A stretch of DNA of 56,285 nucleotides from Candidatus Scatovivens sp. Its GTDB lineage: Bacteria; Bacillota; Clostridia; TANB77; CAG-508. This document shows, in pieces, positions 25,295-36,500 of this stretch. Location: NCBI GenBank assembly GCA_045613965.1, contig JAZLBY010000059.1, positions 1 through 56,285 of the forward strand, in the 5' to 3' direction. The first letter of the stretch is position 1, and each line of letters starts with the position of its first letter. Made by a program: the position numbers and the translations under genes. The notes under the pieces were generated by a model, which saw only the letters and a list, made by a program, of their open reading frames with translations, was not told the origin of the DNA and made no database searches.

Positions 25295-26587
25295 TTATCC
25301 AATTACAACAACTCTATAACTATCACTAGATGTTGGTGCTACTCCAAATGTTACTGTTATTGCACTTGTTGATGTTCTCACTATGTCTACTACTATTTCT
25401 TCATAAGTTGTTGCATCATATACATTAACAACTACATCTCTGCTTCCTAAATTATGATTTATTGTAAATGCTGTTGTTGCTCCATCTCCTTCTATTGTTG
25501 ATGCGTATTTCTTTGTGTATCCTTGGTCTGATGCACTTGTTACTCTACCATAACTATCTATTGTTAAGCCTTGATATGTTCCAGCTGTTACTCCAGAATT
25601 ATCTAATGCAATTGTTCCTGTAGTTGTTATAGTGCCTCCTGTTAATCCAGTTCCAGCTGTAACACTTGTTACTGCTGTGTCATCTGCTGATGGAACATAT
25701 GTCCAAGTAACTGTACTTCCACTTACTACTGCTATAAATAAGTCTCCTATTTTTGCTGCTTGACCATCGTAAGTTCCAGCTTCTGCTACTTTATATGTAT
25801 CTCCATTTTTTACTCCTGTTGATGGTAATGTTCCTCCACTTATTGTACCTTCATAGTGCATTGCACCCTCTAAATCAGATATTGCATCTTGTACGAATGC
25901 TGTAGTTGCAATTTGAGTTGTATCTGTTCCTTTAGTTGCTGTTGGAGCTGTAGGTGTTCCAGTTAATGCTGGAGATGCTAATTTTGCATAAGTTGTATCA
26001 ATTTGATTTCCATCTTTATCTTGTTTAGCTTTTAATGTATAACCTGCAGTACCATCTGTATATGTTGTATCACTAAACGCTTCTGCTGGTAATCTTTGAT
26101 ATTTTTCAGTTGAAGCATCATATAAATAATCTGTATTTGAAATAGCTGTATTTGCATCTTTGTTTGCACTTGAAAATGCTGGAACTAATCCATCTTTTGT
26201 TGTAGAAACCACTCCCAATGCTGAGCCATATTCTGTAATATGTCCATTTTTATCTATTTTAATTGGGTAAATTCCTGATGTTGTTTGTGCATTATCTAAT
26301 ACGTTGCTATGTCCTATTGTTATTGTTCCTGAATTTGTAATTGGGCTTCCTGATACTGATAATCCTCCGTTTGTATCATTTGAAACAGCAACACTTGTTA
26401 CTGTTCCTCCACCTGTTCCCATTTCGTCCCAATCTGAACCAGTATATACTCTAAATCTGTTTGTTGTTGTGTTGAAATATACTTGACCTGGAACTGGATT
26501 GCTTGGGTCAGATGCTAAGTTTTGAATAACTCCATTTTGTAATTCATTTTTGTTTAAATTAATGTCTACTAAAAAATTTTTTGCCAT
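25295..26587 (-). CDS. tail fibre protein
   Basis: N-terminal NKNELQNGVIQNLASDPSNPVPGQVYFNTTTNRFRVYTGSDW and TQIATTAFVQDAI motifs, both common in phage fibres. T/G-rich body. Confidence 0.7.
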   Translation of the reverse strand: MAKNFLVDINLNKNELQNGVIQNLASDPSNPVPGQVYFNTTTNRFRVYTGSDWDEMGTGGGTVTSVAVSNDTNGGLSVSGSPITNSGTITIGHSNVLDNAQTTSGIYPIKIDKNGHITEYGSALGVVSTTKDGLVPAFSSANKDANTAISNTDYLYDASTEKYQRLPAEAFSDTTYTDGTAGYTLKAKQDKDGNQIDTTYAKLASPALTGTPTAPTATKGTDTTQIATTAFVQDAISDLEGAMHYEGTISGGTLPSTGVKNGDTYKVAEAGTYDGQAAKIGDLFIAVVSGSTVTWTYVPSADDTAVTSVTAGTGLTGGTITTTGTIALDNSGVTAGTYQGLTIDSYGRVTSASDQGYTKKYASTIEGDGATTAFTINHNLGSRDVVVNVYDATTYEEIVVDIVRTSTSAITVTFGVAPTSSDSYRVVVIG

Positions 26588-26603
26588 TTTTAATTTCCTC
26601 CTT

Positions 26604-26975
26604 TTAATTTAATGTTGCAGTACCTTTAAATGCACCGCTAAAAGTTATAGTTATTTGATTTAAAGAATTATAGTTTACTTCTCCTATAACTTCATCTCCT
26701 GCACTATTTATAATAGTTACAGAAGGATATTTATCAAGATTATGAGTTATAACCCATTCACTTGAAGCCTCATTTTGTGTATATAGAAATGTTTTATCAT
26801 TTTCTATTCCTAAATCTTCTGATGCTACATTTCCACTTAATTCCACATTATTTATTTTTGGTTTATTTGTTAATTCATTATAATTAGTAGTTCCGACAAA
26901 AACTGTTTCATTTGTATCAATATTTATTTCGTTGTTGTCGTTTTCTAAATTAATTATTATTTCTTGATTATCCAT
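26604..26975 (-). CDS. tail fibre / baseplate-associated protein
   Basis: The NYNELTNKPKINNVELSGN motif is typical of fibre proteins. Confidence 0.5.
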   Translation of the reverse strand: MDNQEIIINLENDNNEINIDTNETVFVGTTNYNELTNKPKINNVELSGNVASEDLGIENDKTFLYTQNEASSEWVITHNLDKYPSVTIINSAGDEVIGEVNYNSLNQITITFSGAFKGTATLN

Positions 26976-27339
26976 TAGACCACCTCATTGTTGTAAATTT
27001 ATCAGTTACAATAAACTTACCTACTACTTTTTGTTTTGGTTTAATTCCATCATAATAAACTGTAATGTCATAGCCATATTCTTCATTAAGTAATAATTCT
27101 TTTGTGTCTATACTATTTATTGTTATATCATATTTTCCTGTATCTTGGTTATATACAATTCCATTTTCTAATGTTTTTTGAAACTTAAATTCTTCATCTT
27201 CTGGTGAATGCCTAACTGTCATAAATAATAAATCATCATTGCCTAATGGAGTAAGTTGTTTTTGAGTATCTAGAAAACCAACAGAAATTATCTGATAATC
27301 TTCTTTTGGAATTTTTATATCATATTTTTTTGTACTCAT
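26968..27339 (-). CDS. hypothetical structural protein
   Basis: ORF in the tail module with an overlapping start. Confidence 0.45.
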   Translation of the reverse strand: MSTKKYDIKIPKEDYQIISVGFLDTQKQLTPLGNDDLLFMTVRHSPEDEEFKFQKTLENGIVYNQDTGKYDITINSIDTKELLLNEEYGYDITVYYDGIKPKQKVVGKFIVTDKFTTMRWSNG

Positions 27340-27351
27340 ATTTCCTCCTTT

Positions 27352-27693
27352 CTATACATCATTTGCATTTTTATATTTATCTATTGTTTTTAAATATTCA
27401 TAAGCATTTTCTATTGTCATATCTTCATCATAAGGTAATTGTATAAAATCAGCTTCTATATATACATTTATTCCATTATTTAATATTTCTTGCTCTTCTT
27501 GCGTTAATTGTTCTTCGTTAGCACTTTTCATTTGTGCTTCTTGATATTCCTTTTCTTTTTGTCTTTGATTTTCATTTATATAAGAATTTACTTCTATAGT
27601 ATTTGATATATTTGTTATTTTATTTAAACTTGTTATCCTATGATAATTTAAAATTATTCCATTTTCTAATTCTATTCCTTTTTGTAATGCCAT
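27352..27693 (-). CDS. hypothetical structural protein
   Basis: ORF in the tail module. Confidence 0.45.
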   Translation of the reverse strand: MALQKGIELENGIILNYHRITSLNKITNISNTIEVNSYINENQRQKEKEYQEAQMKSANEEQLTQEEQEILNNGINVYIEADFIQLPYDEDMTIENAYEYLKTIDKYKNANDV

Positions 27694-27703
27694 AATTTAC
27701 CTC

Positions 27704-30700
27704 CTATCTATATCCATCTATTCTAACTATTTTTACATAATTTGTATTGCTTTGTCCAGAAAGAGCATTATTTGATACATTTACATAAGAATTATATTCA
27801 TAAGATACAGTAGTTGTACTTATTTTTACTCTTGATATTCTAAACGAAATTCCTCCATTTGAATAACTTTCTCCTATAAATAATTGGGTACTTTTTCCAT
27901 TTGGAGAATATACATCAATACTTTCTTGAAATGCTTTGTTATTATCCATAAAATATATTCTTATAAAAGCAAAGTTAGCTGCACTTTCAGATAATGTTAC
28001 TGAACCAGATGTTCCAGAAGAATTATCATATAGATTTTTATAACGAAGTATTCTCTCCCAACCTGTCCAACTATTACCAGATTGCTTTCTTAAAAAAAGC
28101 CCATTATTTAAACTAGTCATTGCAGTCATAAATTGCATTCCGTAACTTACACCATCGTTATTTCCGTTACGATGTCTTATATTAATTAAATCATACCAAG
28201 TATTACTAATATAAGCTGAATATAAACCACTTCTTTGTAATGCTTTTCCACTTCCTACATCATCAAAACTAAGTCCGCTATCTTCTTTTGTATTAGCTTT
28301 TGAATATCCGTCTACTATATTTAAGCCATTACCATCTGCAGTAGCTTTTGATGCATTAGTAGCGTTCGTAACACTATCCTTTGAATATAAAACAGTATCT
28401 GTTCCATTTATTTTTAATGTTCCAATAGCATTTCCACTTGTTTGTGTTGCTGTATAAGATGTTGTTCCTGTATTAAGAATTGTACCACCCGTAGCTGGTA
28501 AAGTATGAGAAATTGCACTTGTTGTATTTGCAGCTAATATTTGAGAATAGCTAGTACTACTTGAATATAATCTCAAATAACCTTTTTTGTTTAAATCAGT
28601 TCCTGTTGCAGAACTATTTCCTAAAGCTAAAACACTTCTTCCTTCTGCTTCTGTTGTTCCACCTTTTGTTTCGTATCTAAATCCATCATTTGTTCTAATA
28701 GGATAATTTGTACTTGCTGTATTTCCACTTAAAAATGTACCATAATAAGTAGTACCTGATGATGGATTAGTAGGCGTTGTTCTTACATTAGTTGAATAAG
28801 TACTTGATGAAGCATTGCCATCAAAAGAACTGGCTTTAACTGCACCATTTACTTGTAATTTTTCACCTGTACTTGTGTTATATTGTTGTCCTATTGCTAC
28901 ATTATCTTTATAAATTGCAATAGCAGGAGTTCCTGACCCCAATGTTACCTGATATTCCTCAGATACATCAAGCTTATCAGTTGCTTTTATTTTTATAAAA
29001 TAAGATGCTGTTACATCAAATCCTAATGTTTCTGTGTCTCCTTCTATAACTAAACTTCCATTAAAGTTTCCACTACTTGTTGTCCAAGTTATAGTTGTAG
29101 TTCCTGTTGTCCAAGTATTAGTTGTTGATTTTCTATAATAATATTTTATATTTTGAATATCATTTGAAGTTGAGCCAAAATTGTCATTCCACCAATTTCC
29201 AGCAAATGTTAATGTTACTGTTTCTCCAACTCCATTATTACTTCTAACTGCTGTCATACTTGTTATTGCAGGTTTTACATAATTTTTAATTGTTGCGGTT
29301 TTTGTTACTGATTTTCCAAGACCTCTACTATCATTTGCTGTTACTTTTATTGAACTATTAGTAACTTTATTCAATGATAATGTTACTTCACTGCTTGAAC
29401 TATAATTAGCTTGTGCTGATTGAGTTCCTATTGACAACACATAGTTTTTCATTGTTGCACTATTATTTGCAGTTGCTTTATTACTTGTAGATATTGTTGC
29501 TGTTACATTTGAATAGCCACTTACAAGTATTTGATTATTTCCAGTTAACGCCGTTGTTGTTGAATTTGTATCTGCGTAAGTAAAATCACTAAATGTTGGT
29601 ACTTCTGTTCCTATTATCTTATAAGAATATGTATTACTAGATGTTGTTTTTGTACTACTTCCATATATTACAGAATAAACACAATAAGAGCTTGTGGTAT
29701 TTGGAATACTTGCATATAGTGTATTTGCTGTTGGTGTAAATGTAATTGATGTTCCACTTGTTGTTCCACTATACAATTCAGTTCCGCTTGTATTTGTTTG
29801 ATACATTTTAACTGTTACGCTTCTTGAAAGAGGATTATATAATGTTAATGTTTGGCTATTTCCTATAACTAATGATGATGTTCCAACTCCAGTAACGTAT
29901 GGGTAATCATAAGTAGCTACGCTTAAAGCTGCTGTATCATATGTTGTTTGAGTTGCTTTTCTTCTTACTCTTGTTTTTATTTGATATGTTGTGTTTGCAC
30001 TTAAGTTACTTATTGTATAACTTCCACTTGTACCATCTGTAACATCTATTCCTGTCCAAGAGCTTCCGTTGTTTGTACTATACCATATATAGTCTATCGT
30101 ACTATCTGCACTCCAATTCATCTTAATACTTGTTTCTGTTTTTGTATTTAATGCTTGTGTTGGTGCTTTATAAGTAGTTACGCTTAAAGTTGCTGTGTCA
30201 TATGTTGTTTGAGAAGCACTTCTTCTTACTCTTGTTTTTATATTATAAGATGTATTTGGGCTTAATCCCGTTATTGTATAACTTCCAGTTGTTCCACTTA
30301 CAGCTCCTACCGCTGTCCAAGAGCTTCCATTATTTATAGAATACCATATATAATCAGCTGTACTATCTACACTCCATGATATAGTTGCTCTATTTTCTGT
30401 TTTACTTGATAATGATTGTGTAGGTACTTTATAAGTTGATTGACTTACTGTTCCACTATCTGTTGTTAATTGGCTATCTTTTCTTCTTACTCTTAATTTA
30501 AAATTATAAGCTGTATTTGGGCTTAATCCACTTACAACAAAACTAGCACTTGTTCCATCAGTTATGTCTACACCTGTCCAATTTCCACCATTATTAGTAC
30601 TATACCATACATAATCGCAAGTGTCTGCTGCTGTAAAGCTATAGGTTACACTTGTTTCATTTCTTTTTGATACTGTAAATGATGTAATGCTTGTATATCT

Positions 30701-31069
30701 TGGTATATCATCTAATTCCCATTGTTCTATTGTGTCTAATGTTCCGCTGTAATTATATATACCACCATACATTTCTACTATTAAGTGTCCAACATTGTTT
30801 TGATTAATATTCATATTGCCTTGACCCATAATAGTTCCTTCAGAAACAGCAACGCTAGATGCTTGATATGCGTCATATAAAACTTCTGTATCATTTATAA
30901 GAACTTGGTTATTGTGATGATAATATGTAGAAGAACTACCTCCAACGGCTGTTACTTTATACCAAATATTTCTTACATTTGTTGCTGAATTTACGCTATT
31001 TGTTCCCCATTCAAATCTTACACATCTGCCTTGATATGAACCACTATCTACGCTTCCATGATTAGCCAT
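27704..31069 (-). CDS. large tail / host-recognition protein with three tandem FN3-like domains
   Basis: 1121 aa. Three repeats of about 88 aa (...DY.WYS.NNG.SWT....G.T.S..I.GLSPNT.Y..K.RVRR...). Confidence 0.65.
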   Translation of the reverse strand: MANHGSVDSGSYQGRCVRFEWGTNSVNSATNVRNIWYKVTAVGGSSSTYYHHNNQVLINDTEVLYDAYQASSVAVSEGTIMGQGNMNINQNNVGHLIVEMYGGIYNYSGTLDTIEQWELDDIPRYTSITSFTVSKRNETSVTYSFTAADTCDYVWYSTNNGGNWTGVDITDGTSASFVVSGLSPNTAYNFKLRVRRKDSQLTTDSGTVSQSTYKVPTQSLSSKTENRATISWSVDSTADYIWYSINNGSSWTAVGAVSGTTGSYTITGLSPNTSYNIKTRVRRSASQTTYDTATLSVTTYKAPTQALNTKTETSIKMNWSADSTIDYIWYSTNNGSSWTGIDVTDGTSGSYTISNLSANTTYQIKTRVRRKATQTTYDTAALSVATYDYPYVTGVGTSSLVIGNSQTLTLYNPLSRSVTVKMYQTNTSGTELYSGTTSGTSITFTPTANTLYASIPNTTSSYCVYSVIYGSSTKTTSSNTYSYKIIGTEVPTFSDFTYADTNSTTTALTGNNQILVSGYSNVTATISTSNKATANNSATMKNYVLSIGTQSAQANYSSSSEVTLSLNKVTNSSIKVTANDSRGLGKSVTKTATIKNYVKPAITSMTAVRSNNGVGETVTLTFAGNWWNDNFGSTSNDIQNIKYYYRKSTTNTWTTGTTTITWTTSSGNFNGSLVIEGDTETLGFDVTASYFIKIKATDKLDVSEEYQVTLGSGTPAIAIYKDNVAIGQQYNTSTGEKLQVNGAVKASSFDGNASSSTYSTNVRTTPTNPSSGTTYYGTFLSGNTASTNYPIRTNDGFRYETKGGTTEAEGRSVLALGNSSATGTDLNKKGYLRLYSSSTSYSQILAANTTSAISHTLPATGGTILNTGTTSYTATQTSGNAIGTLKINGTDTVLYSKDSVTNATNASKATADGNGLNIVDGYSKANTKEDSGLSFDDVGSGKALQRSGLYSAYISNTWYDLINIRHRNGNNDGVSYGMQFMTAMTSLNNGLFLRKQSGNSWTGWERILRYKNLYDNSSGTSGSVTLSESAANFAFIRIYFMDNNKAFQESIDVYSPNGKSTQLFIGESYSNGGISFRISRVKISTTTVSYEYNSYVNVSNNALSGQSNTNYVKIVRIDGYR
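29897..30688 (-). repeat. three tandem repeats of about 264 bp (FN3-like coding units)
   Basis: Protein-level repeats at roughly aa 128-391 of the 1121-aa ORF. The DNA is visibly similar. Confidence 0.65.
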
Positions 31070-31084
31070 ATTTTTTTCTCCTTT

Positions 31085-33127
31085 CTACAAACTACTAAAC
31101 CAAGTTTGACTTCCTATTTTTTGTATTAAAATACTTCCTGATATTTTCGCATCTTTTTTTACTATTAATTCTTCTGTTTCAGTTCCATATTTTGTAAATT
31201 CTGCTACTACATTGCTACTATTCAAGTTCTTAATAGATATACCATCTGAAACCGCTTCAAATTCTGTGTCTGCTCCTGTTGATTTTATCTTTATACCTTT
31301 ACCAATTTGAACTGTATCTGTGTAGCTTTCATTTGCATTTTGAGACCAGCTTACTTGAATATTTCCTTCTACTAGCATAAAATCAGTTATTAAGCAGGCA
31401 CTATTCATATCAGAAGTTATTTCTATTCTTATATTATTACCAGTTATATCAACTAATTGTCCTACACTTGTCCATTCTTCTTCATTTAAAGATATTTCAG
31501 TTTCATTTATTTTTAAAGTACATGTTGCACTACTTATTATTTTTTTGTATATAAGAGATAAATAATATTCTCCATTTTTTATTTCAGTTATATTTTGGTA
31601 TATTGTCTCATTTTTTAATTCTAATGCACTTCCAGAAATACCATTTTGTTTTACTTCTGTAGATGTATTTCCTATTACATTTCCTTCATGTTCTTCATCT
31701 ATTTGCCAATATTCATTTCCAAAATAACCAACAGAGTTTTTAATTAAGTTTTGTCCACCTATAACTGTTTTGTCTGTAATTATTCCTTCTAATGTTGTTT
31801 TTACTTCAGTTATTTCATCTTGTAAATCATCTGTAGTATCTTTTACTTCAAGTTTATATCCTTCTAAATCTTGTTCTACTCTTGTTATTTTTTCTCCATT
31901 TTCATTAGTTAATTGTACAACACTTTGTATTGTTTGATTTTGTTTATCAACAATTATTTGAGTATTTCTTATTTCTTGTGTTACTTCTGGAATATATCTA
32001 TATAATGTTTCAGTTTTAGTTAATGCTGGTGTTTGTACTTCATCTAATGTAGCTCCATTATATGTTATAATATGATTAAATAAATATGTTACAAAGTATT
32101 CATCTTGCATTGTTTTAAATCTTATTTTGTCTTTGCAATTAAGATAAGCATATCCAATTAAAGATACATCATTTACTGGCATATATGTAAATCCATATAA
32201 TTCTGTTCCTGCTTGTATTAATTGTTCTCTTTTTTCTTGTGTATATGCAAAAGGATTGTCAACTATTACTAATTCTGTTGCTCCATATTGTTCAATACTT
32301 TCAGCATCTTCTAAAGTTACATTTTCTCCTTCTGCTTCACTTTCTCTAATTATTATTCTGTTTATAGGTCCATAAGAAAGTTCAGCAGTATTTAGATTGT
32401 AATAATTATCATAATCTATTTCTTCTGTTACATCATTTACAATCCCTAAATCAAAATGTAAAACATTTTCTTCATCTATTCTTGCCCAAGAAAATGCAGA
32501 AAGTGCTATTCCTTGTAATACATTTCTAAATGTTTCTCCATTAACAAATTGATTGTCAACTACAACAAAATCTTCATTTCTAAAATTTTCTGCTGCTAAT
32601 TCTATTCCTAATTGTGAACATATATTTTCTGCTAATTGTCTTAAAGTACAAGGGTATTGTATTTCATCATTATATGTTTGATTAAATCTTATCATATAAT
32701 CTAATCCAACAAATGTTGTATTATCATTTGTGGTTTCATTTTCAGGGTGCTGAATTATATATGTTCCATATTTTATATAATATTCATTTATAACAATTTC
32801 TTCATCTACTTCTTCAGCTAATTTAACTCCTATATACACTTCTATATCTTGGTCTTCAAGAGAAATCCCCATATCTTCATTATTTAAGTTTATTTCTACT
32901 TTTTTAGCAACACATTGTCCAAAAATTCCTTCTTCTGGAACAAATCTTAATTCGCTAAGTTCTATATCTTTTATATAATCATCTTGTGTAAGTATAATTT
33001 CTGTGTTTAAAACCTTAATAAAAGCATATGTTATTCCTGTTTTAAATTCTTGTTTTACTCTTGCTATTGTTTGAGCATCAGATAAAGGAGAAAGTCCTTC
33101 ATCTGTCTTTTGATAAATTGTATACAT
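31085..33127 (-). CDS. tail tip / minor structural protein (Tal-like)
   Basis: 680 aa, two genes downstream of the TMP, the usual Tal position. No catalytic motif recognised. Confidence 0.45.
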   Translation of the reverse strand: MYTIYQKTDEGLSPLSDAQTIARVKQEFKTGITYAFIKVLNTEIILTQDDYIKDIELSELRFVPEEGIFGQCVAKKVEINLNNEDMGISLEDQDIEVYIGVKLAEEVDEEIVINEYYIKYGTYIIQHPENETTNDNTTFVGLDYMIRFNQTYNDEIQYPCTLRQLAENICSQLGIELAAENFRNEDFVVVDNQFVNGETFRNVLQGIALSAFSWARIDEENVLHFDLGIVNDVTEEIDYDNYYNLNTAELSYGPINRIIIRESEAEGENVTLEDAESIEQYGATELVIVDNPFAYTQEKREQLIQAGTELYGFTYMPVNDVSLIGYAYLNCKDKIRFKTMQDEYFVTYLFNHIITYNGATLDEVQTPALTKTETLYRYIPEVTQEIRNTQIIVDKQNQTIQSVVQLTNENGEKITRVEQDLEGYKLEVKDTTDDLQDEITEVKTTLEGIITDKTVIGGQNLIKNSVGYFGNEYWQIDEEHEGNVIGNTSTEVKQNGISGSALELKNETIYQNITEIKNGEYYLSLIYKKIISSATCTLKINETEISLNEEEWTSVGQLVDITGNNIRIEITSDMNSACLITDFMLVEGNIQVSWSQNANESYTDTVQIGKGIKIKSTGADTEFEAVSDGISIKNLNSSNVVAEFTKYGTETEELIVKKDAKISGSILIQKIGSQTWFSSL

Positions 33128-33145
33128 CTAAACTTTCTCCTTTCT

Positions 33146-33529
33146 TTAATGTTCTATTAAACTAAATTGTTGAAAATCTATCATTCTTTGACCTCCATAT
33201 ATTATTGGTTTATATTTTAAGTCTGTATGATAGAAAGTTCCTGTTTCATATCTGTCATAATCTTCATTATAATATTCTACTGATAAAAACATGCTGTCTA
33301 AAACTGCATAATAAACTCTAAATTGTTCTGGTGTCATAACAGGAAATTGAATAACTAATTTTGTAGGTCTATGTGGTAATTGTTTTATAATTAATTTCCC
33401 ACTTGCTACACGACCTGTATCTGTTACTTGTTCTAAGTGTGGTTGTACTTCATATCCTTCCCTTTGTAAAGCAGGAGAATTAAAAGTACAATTGCCTATT
33501 TTCATATAATATCCATTAAAATTGCTCAT
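33146..33529 (-). CDS. distal tail protein-like (small)
   Basis: Call based on its position immediately after the TMP. At 127 aa it is short for a Dit. Confidence 0.35.
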   Translation of the reverse strand: MSNFNGYYMKIGNCTFNSPALQREGYEVQPHLEQVTDTGRVASGKLIIKQLPHRPTKLVIQFPVMTPEQFRVYYAVLDSMFLSVEYYNEDYDRYETGTFYHTDLKYKPIIYGGQRMIDFQQFSLIEH

Positions 33530-33538
33530 ATTCTCCTC

Positions 33539-36500
33539 CTATACTCTTATTACATTCTTTCCATACATATTGTTTTCTGTATTTGCATATTCTCCATAGC
33601 CAGAATATACTTTTTTATTTCCAATATATACATTTACTGGTTGATTTTTGTTTCCACCACTCATTGCTTGTGATACACCTGCACTAACACCTTGTGTAAT
33701 ACCTGCAATAATTTGGTCGTTGTTTGCTACTGCTGTTCTATTTCCTATTCTACCTATAAGCTCAGGTCCATCTTCTCTAGCTATAAATGCTTCGCCTTCT
33801 GTTGGAAAACCACCTGTAGCATATTGAGAAACATTCGGAGTTGATACTGTTATTCTTGCATTATAACTTCTATTTAAGCTTTGTAAATAATAGCCTGTAT
33901 CACTCAATTTTCGATTTAAACTATCTACATCACTTGTATCGATATTAATTGGAACATATGTATCTGAAAGTTTATTTAATGTGTCTGTTGTGTCTTGTGT
34001 TGCATTATTAAGTCCAGCTATTACATTTTTTGTATGCTCAATATAATTGTCAACGCTTGTAAAAGTTCCTTCATAATTTGCAGCAATTTCTTTATTCCTT
34101 AGCATTATTTCTGTTCCATTATTTCCCATTCCAGTTAGAATGTCTCTCCACAATTTTTGCCAAGCTCCTAATTGTTCTCCTGTACTAGCATCTACTTCAT
34201 TGAAAATATCGGATTTTTGTTTTTTCATTTCTTGAACTAAATCTAAATGTTGTTGTTCTGCTGCTGCCATTGTTTCAGATAATTGTTTTTTTGCACTTTC
34301 AACAACAACATCTCTTGTTTTTTCTGCTAAAAGAATTTGCTCTCCACTTAACTTATCTTTGTTTTTCATTATTTCATCATATTCATTTTGAGCTGTATTA
34401 ATTAAACTTTCATATTGTTCTTTTGCATTTTTTATTGTTTCATTTTTTAAATTAATACTTCTTGTTAATAAATCACTTGCTTGTTTCTTACTAATATTTT
34501 CTTTTTGTTGACCATAATCGTCCATTATATCTTTTCGTTCTTTTTCATTTTTACTAGCTATATTTGTGCTCGCAATTTGATATTTATTATCAAGGTCTTC
34601 CAAATTTTGAAGATGTTTAGCATAATCTTCTGCATTTGCATTTCTTAAAGCTTCTAATTCTTCATTATATTTTTTCTCATCTTTTTTAGCTTCATTTATT
34701 CTTTCTGAATAACTTTCTGCTAAAATTCTAAGCATTTCATTTTTTTCTTCTTCTCTCAAAGTAGTATTGTTTTCTATTGCTCTTTTTTGTTGATTATATT
34801 GTTCAGTTTCTAGATTTATGTATTCTTGAATTATTGTTGCAAAATTACTTTTTAAAGTAGCTATATCTTCTTCAGAAGGAGAAATGTAATGCCATTCCAT
34901 TTTAGATAAAATTTCATTAGTACTTTCTAATGCAGAATAAGTTTCTTTTAATGCTTCAGTAGTTTGTTCAGAAGCTCCTCTAAACACATCTACTTCTTGA
35001 TATCCTTTTGTAAAATCTTCTATTACTAATCCTAATGCCCCACCTAATAACATAAGTCCAGGTATAAATGCACCTGTGCATATTAAAGCAATTCCACCTA
35101 TAGCTGCTGTAAGTTCTAATGCAATTTTTATTGTTTCTGCCATTGTAGTATTTCCATTAGTTAACCAATCAATAAATCCTCCTAGAGTAAATCCAATTAT
35201 TGCACCTGCAAGTAATGCTATAGTTCCTTTTAATATACTTGCTACTGTATTTAAAGTTGTCATAGTTGAGCTTGCAAATCCTATTGATTTGCCTAATTGA
35301 GTTAAATTATTAACGATGCTTAACAATTTTATAGCTCCTATAGCAGTTGCAAGCATTGCTAATACAGGTAATATTCCTTTTAATTTTGCTTCTACTGCAT
35401 CTAAATTTTGGTTTAAAGCATTTGATAAAGCATCATATTCCAATAGAGGAATATCTAAATCTCCTGCTCCAGCTCCTCCTCCAGCTCCTCCTCCAGATGA
35501 GCCTTTATCAAAATCTATAACATTTAATTCATCAAATGGTGCTAACATTTTCTTTAATTCTTTTGTTGCTCCACTTGCAGCATCTTCAACATCTTCTAAT
35601 CCTGATACTGCAGCACTTAATCCTGAAGTATCTATTGTTGGAAGTTCAAATCCAAATAAATTAGCTATACTTTGTGCTAATGCTGTTAGCCATTTAGTAA
35701 GAACCATAACATAAGGTATTGCTGCTGTTAATGCTGGAATAAATATGTTTCCTATCGCTCTTGCAAGTAATGTGAATTGTTCTTTCAATACTCTTATTGC
35801 GTTTGCTGGTTGTAATAATGTTCTAGCCATATCTCCTTGCATTGTAGTTGTTCTTGACATCATTTGATAATATAACAATTGAGTTTTTTGAGCTCTTGTC
35901 ATTGTTGCTACGCTTTGTTCTATTCCTAATCTATAAGCTGTTTCTTGTAATGTAGCTTGGTCTAGTGCAACACCAACTGCTCTCATTGGTTCAATCTCTC
36001 CAGAAAAACCAGATTTGATTTTTTGCATAGCTTGGTCTATTGGTATATTTAAGAAAGAACTCATATCGTAAGATAATTGAGTTAAATTTTTACTCATAAT
36101 ATAAGCTTTTTCACTAGATATTCCAAAACCTTCTGCTAAAGTATTGAACATACCCATATAACGCATAACATTTGATGGGTCTACTCCTAGTACATCGCTA
36201 AAATTTTCAGCAAATTCTTTTGCCTTATCAGCAGTTTTTCCCATAGAAACATAGAATAGATTTAAGTTTTCTATATATTCATTACTTTTGTTAATTGCAC
36301 TTCCAATAGTGTTTGTTAAAGCTCTAAGTCCTCCAATTATTGCAGTTACACTAGCTAATTTACTTAAACTTGATACAAAATAATTGAATTTGCTAGTTTT
36401 AGCAGCTGCATTATTTACTTTAGACACAGAGCTAGAAACTTGATTTAACTGTCCAGGTAAATTGTTCAAAACATTTCCTACGCTTAATAGGTTTTTAGAT

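Noticed and set aside
23800-30688. Whether the repeated fibre segments (LRR units and FN3 units) could be variable or template repeats of a diversity-generating retroelement.
   Set aside because: No reverse transcriptase or Avd-like gene is present anywhere in the window. The repeats are in-frame domain duplications, not a TR/VR pair with adenine-specific differences.
35076-35714. Plus-strand ORFs (74 and 132 aa, plus 36462..36884) lying antisense inside the tape-measure gene. Similar antisense ORFs lie inside the MTase, primase, portal, terL, TK and capsid genes.
   Set aside because: They have low-complexity or hydrophobic translations and no RBS. They are fully contained in long, well-supported genes on the other strand, which is a typical A+T-rich antisense artefact.
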